DNA from: Candidatus Binatia bacterium
GTDB taxonomy: Bacteria; Acidobacteriota; Terriglobia; Terriglobales; Acidobacteriaceae
Length of the DNA stretch: 64,000 bases
Assembly (NCBI GenBank): GCA_035516415.1
Contig: DATJAI010000061.1
Span: 4,146 to 68,145, forward strand
Direction: 5' to 3'
Part shown: positions 62,302-64,000 of the stretch, in pieces
How the letters are laid out: each line of letters starts with the position of its first letter
Position numbering within the stretch: position 1 is the first letter of the stretch
Translations under genes and position numbers: made by a program
The notes under the pieces: model-generated
Databases searched by the model: none
Seen by the model: only the letters and a program-made list of their open reading frames with translations
What the model was told of the DNA's origin: nothing

Positions 62302-64000
62302 TTACGGCACCACAGCCACAAGGTTTGGGGCCGTGAGATTGCCGTTGGTATCGGTCAGATTAACCGGGATCTGCGCAGCGTCGCTCAGCGCGGCGGTGTC
62401 AATCTCGTGCACCGTATTATCGCTGGTGCCGACGTAAACCCGGCTCCCGTCCAGCGTGATTCCGCCGTTGAACGCCATCGCCATTCCGGCCAGCGGGACA
62501 GTGGCGGGCGCCAGCGTCGGCACACTGAAGCTCAGCAGTTCGGGAAGATTGCTGACGATCCACACGCGAGTGGCGTCGCTGCTGACCAGCATCTGCTGGG
62601 CGGTAAAACTGCCTGCGCCCAGATCGTAGCTGTTGAGGGTGCTCTGCGTCGCCACCGGGCAGCCGGCGCTCAGGGGTGGCGGAGTTGAAATTACGTCGAT
62701 ATTCGGAGAGTCGGCAGCCACGGCGCCCGTGCCATTCGGCAGGGCCCGGATGAGTGTCGGAGCATTCGCCGCCAGTACCTGGTCCTCAGCCTGATTGCAC
62801 GTGGAGCGTACATCAACCTCATGGCTGCTGGCGCTGCTGACGTAGTACAGCCCGCCCTCGGCAATGATGTCCACCGCATTCCCCGTGTATGGCAAGGTCA
62901 GGATCGCGCTCAGATTGGTGGCAAATCCATATCCCAGGCTCGTGCCGCTCAGCCACTCGTTAAACCGGCTGTCGGGCGTGTACGCCGAAGAGTTGGTCGT
63001 AACCGCCGGCACGGTGCTGAGGATCGCGCCCGTGGCAAGGTTGACGTAATAGATATTGCTGCCCACCGTGTCGGAGATGAGCATGAAATTCCCGTCCGCC
63101 GAAATTGCCACGATGGTTCCGTTCACGGGGGCCGTGCTGATGTTGCCCGAGCTGACCGTCACCGCCATCAGTCCGGAGCTGGAGCCCAGATATACCGTCG
63201 CGCCGGACGGAGAGGCGACGATGGAATTGGGCGGGTTGGGCAGTGTGATGGCCGTCCCTGCCGTGTTGCTCGAGGTGTTGATGGGCACCAGCGATTTGGA
63301 GTTGGTGCTGGCGGCGTAGACGGTAGTCGCGGCCGGATGTGTCACATTGATCGTGACCACGTTCTGGCTGTATTGCGTGGGAACGAACAGGTTGCAGGCG
63401 GGGAAGCCGCAGGAGGCGGTGATGTAGGCGGTCCCCCCATTGGCAGCCGTCACTGTGCCCGGATTGCTGACGGATCCCGTGGCCGCCACGGTCGCCGCAG
63501 CGGTCGACGATGAGCCCCACATGAGAGTCGGGGTGATGTATTGACCGTTGGTGTCGTACACATCGGCAGTCAGAGGCTGGGTTCCCTGTGGATTCAGCGT
63601 GAAGGAGATATTCGAGCTGTTGGCGTCGCGCACCTTGATGCTGGCCACCGGACAGGTAAGGTAGGCCGTACCGACGCTGTTCACGCCCGAGACGCTGGCG
63701 AAGACCGTGGTCGCGCCAGGCGTTGCCGCCGTCAGCACTCCGTTCGTCAGGGCAGTGATGACGTTGGCCGTGCCGCTGCAGGTCGCCGTGCCGTTGCTCA
63801 GGGCTGCCGTAGTTGGCGGGACAGTCGCCCCGGATCCGGGCGACGTGATGGTCAGATGGGTTCCGCTGGCAATCGTATTCGAACCCGTCAGCGCCACCGT
63901 CGCCATTGCTCCGTTGACGCCATTGAAGCTGGACAGGTTGCAGGTCTGTCCGGTGGAACCCCTGATGGTCCCGCCCGAAGTGTACGTGGGACTGTTCGTG
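62302..64000 (-). CDS. Large surface/secreted protein with Ig-like and YVTN-type beta-propeller-like repeats (N-terminus outside window)
   Basis: The frame stays open from 63906 to nt 64000 (checked codon by codon). Thr/Ser/Gly/Asn/Val-rich beta-strand repeats (...VYAASTNSKSLVPINT..., ...VYVGTSDNTVHEIDT...). Confidence 0.7.
   Translation of the reverse strand, partial: TNSPTYTSGGTIRGSTGQTCNLSSFNGVNGAMATVALTGSNTIASGTHLTITSPGSGATVPPTTAALSNGTATCSGTANVITALTNGVLTAATPGATTVFASVSGVNSVGTAYLTCPVASIKVRDANSSNISFTLNPQGTQPLTADVYDTNGQYITPTLMWGSSSTAAATVAATGSVSNPGTVTAANGGTAYITASCGFPACNLFVPTQYSQNVVTINVTHPAATTVYAASTNSKSLVPINTSSNTAGTAITLPNPPNSIVASPSGATVYLGSSSGLMAVTVSSGNISTAPVNGTIVAISADGNFMLISDTVGSNIYYVNLATGAILSTVPAVTTNSSAYTPDSRFNEWLSGTSLGYGFATNLSAILTLPYTGNAVDIIAEGGLYYVSSASSHEVDVRSTCNQAEDQVLAANAPTLIRALPNGTGAVAADSPNIDVISTPPPLSAGCPVATQSTLNSYDLGAGSFTAQQMLVSSDATRVWIVSNLPELLSFSVPTLAPATVPLAGMAMAFNGGITLDGSRVYVGTSDNTVHEIDTAALSDAAQIPVNLTDTNGNLTAPNLVAVVP

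Overview
The window is a GC-rich bacterial chromosomal segment. The gene content, an acidobacterial-type VWA protein and the intergenic repeat types suggest Acidobacteriota (Terriglobia-like); that placement is inference only. All functional calls come from reading the supplied translations for family motifs, with no searches run.

I can support about 55 protein-coding genes, mostly housekeeping:
- Cofactor and tetrapyrrole genes: hemY (5' truncated), cobO, and ribH-nusB followed by a vapBC toxin-antitoxin pair.
- An MscS-type channel, a STAS protein and a cyclophilin.
- An aromatic amino-acid cluster: trpC-trpF-trpB-trpA, chorismate mutase, DAHP synthase.
- A large secreted TPR protein and an OPT transporter.
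- An EVE-domain protein, tsaD, cca, a DUF721 protein and gatCA.
- An FmdE-like protein, a GT2 glycosyltransferase, and egtB-egtD (ergothioneine).
- A B12-domain-less methylmalonyl-CoA mutase large subunit, a CruF-like membrane protein with a Tat-signal PLP aminotransferase, and an O-methyltransferase.
- A VWA protein and Mrp/ApbC.
- A MacB-type ABC pair, an M13 peptidase and an SH3 lipoprotein.
- A DegT aminotransferase, hfq-hflX and PBP1A.
- A TPR protein, a YyaL-like thioredoxin-domain protein, a methyltransferase, a beta-carbonic anhydrase, and a large Ig/beta-propeller surface protein running off the 3' edge.

I saw no rRNA, tRNA, CRISPR array, transposase or integrase.

Observations worth a second look:
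- Three disrupted genes lie within about 8 kb: an alpha/beta-hydrolase remnant, an ArnT-like glycosyltransferase with one in-frame TAG, and a frameshifted beta-propeller lipoprotein.
- There are several families of intergenic repeats: a ~70-nt two-hairpin element in 3-4 copies with a compensatory stem change, heptanucleotide-periodic tracts at five or more loci, a MITE-like insert splitting trpB from trpA, and a 760-bp repeat-dense non-coding gap.
- TAnnnT hexamers are spaced so that several start codons fall at the predicted +1, suggesting leaderless mRNAs.
- A 29-34 nt TTACA-N5-TTACA motif flanks the beta-propeller pseudogene.
- A low-GC islet carries an orphan membrane protein.
- An uncharacterised pair is the best candidate for unknown biology: a small internally duplicated protein plus a 560-aa PRTase-like/kinase-like protein at 48468..50408.

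I did not find a convincing multi-gene novel (for example defence-like) system.
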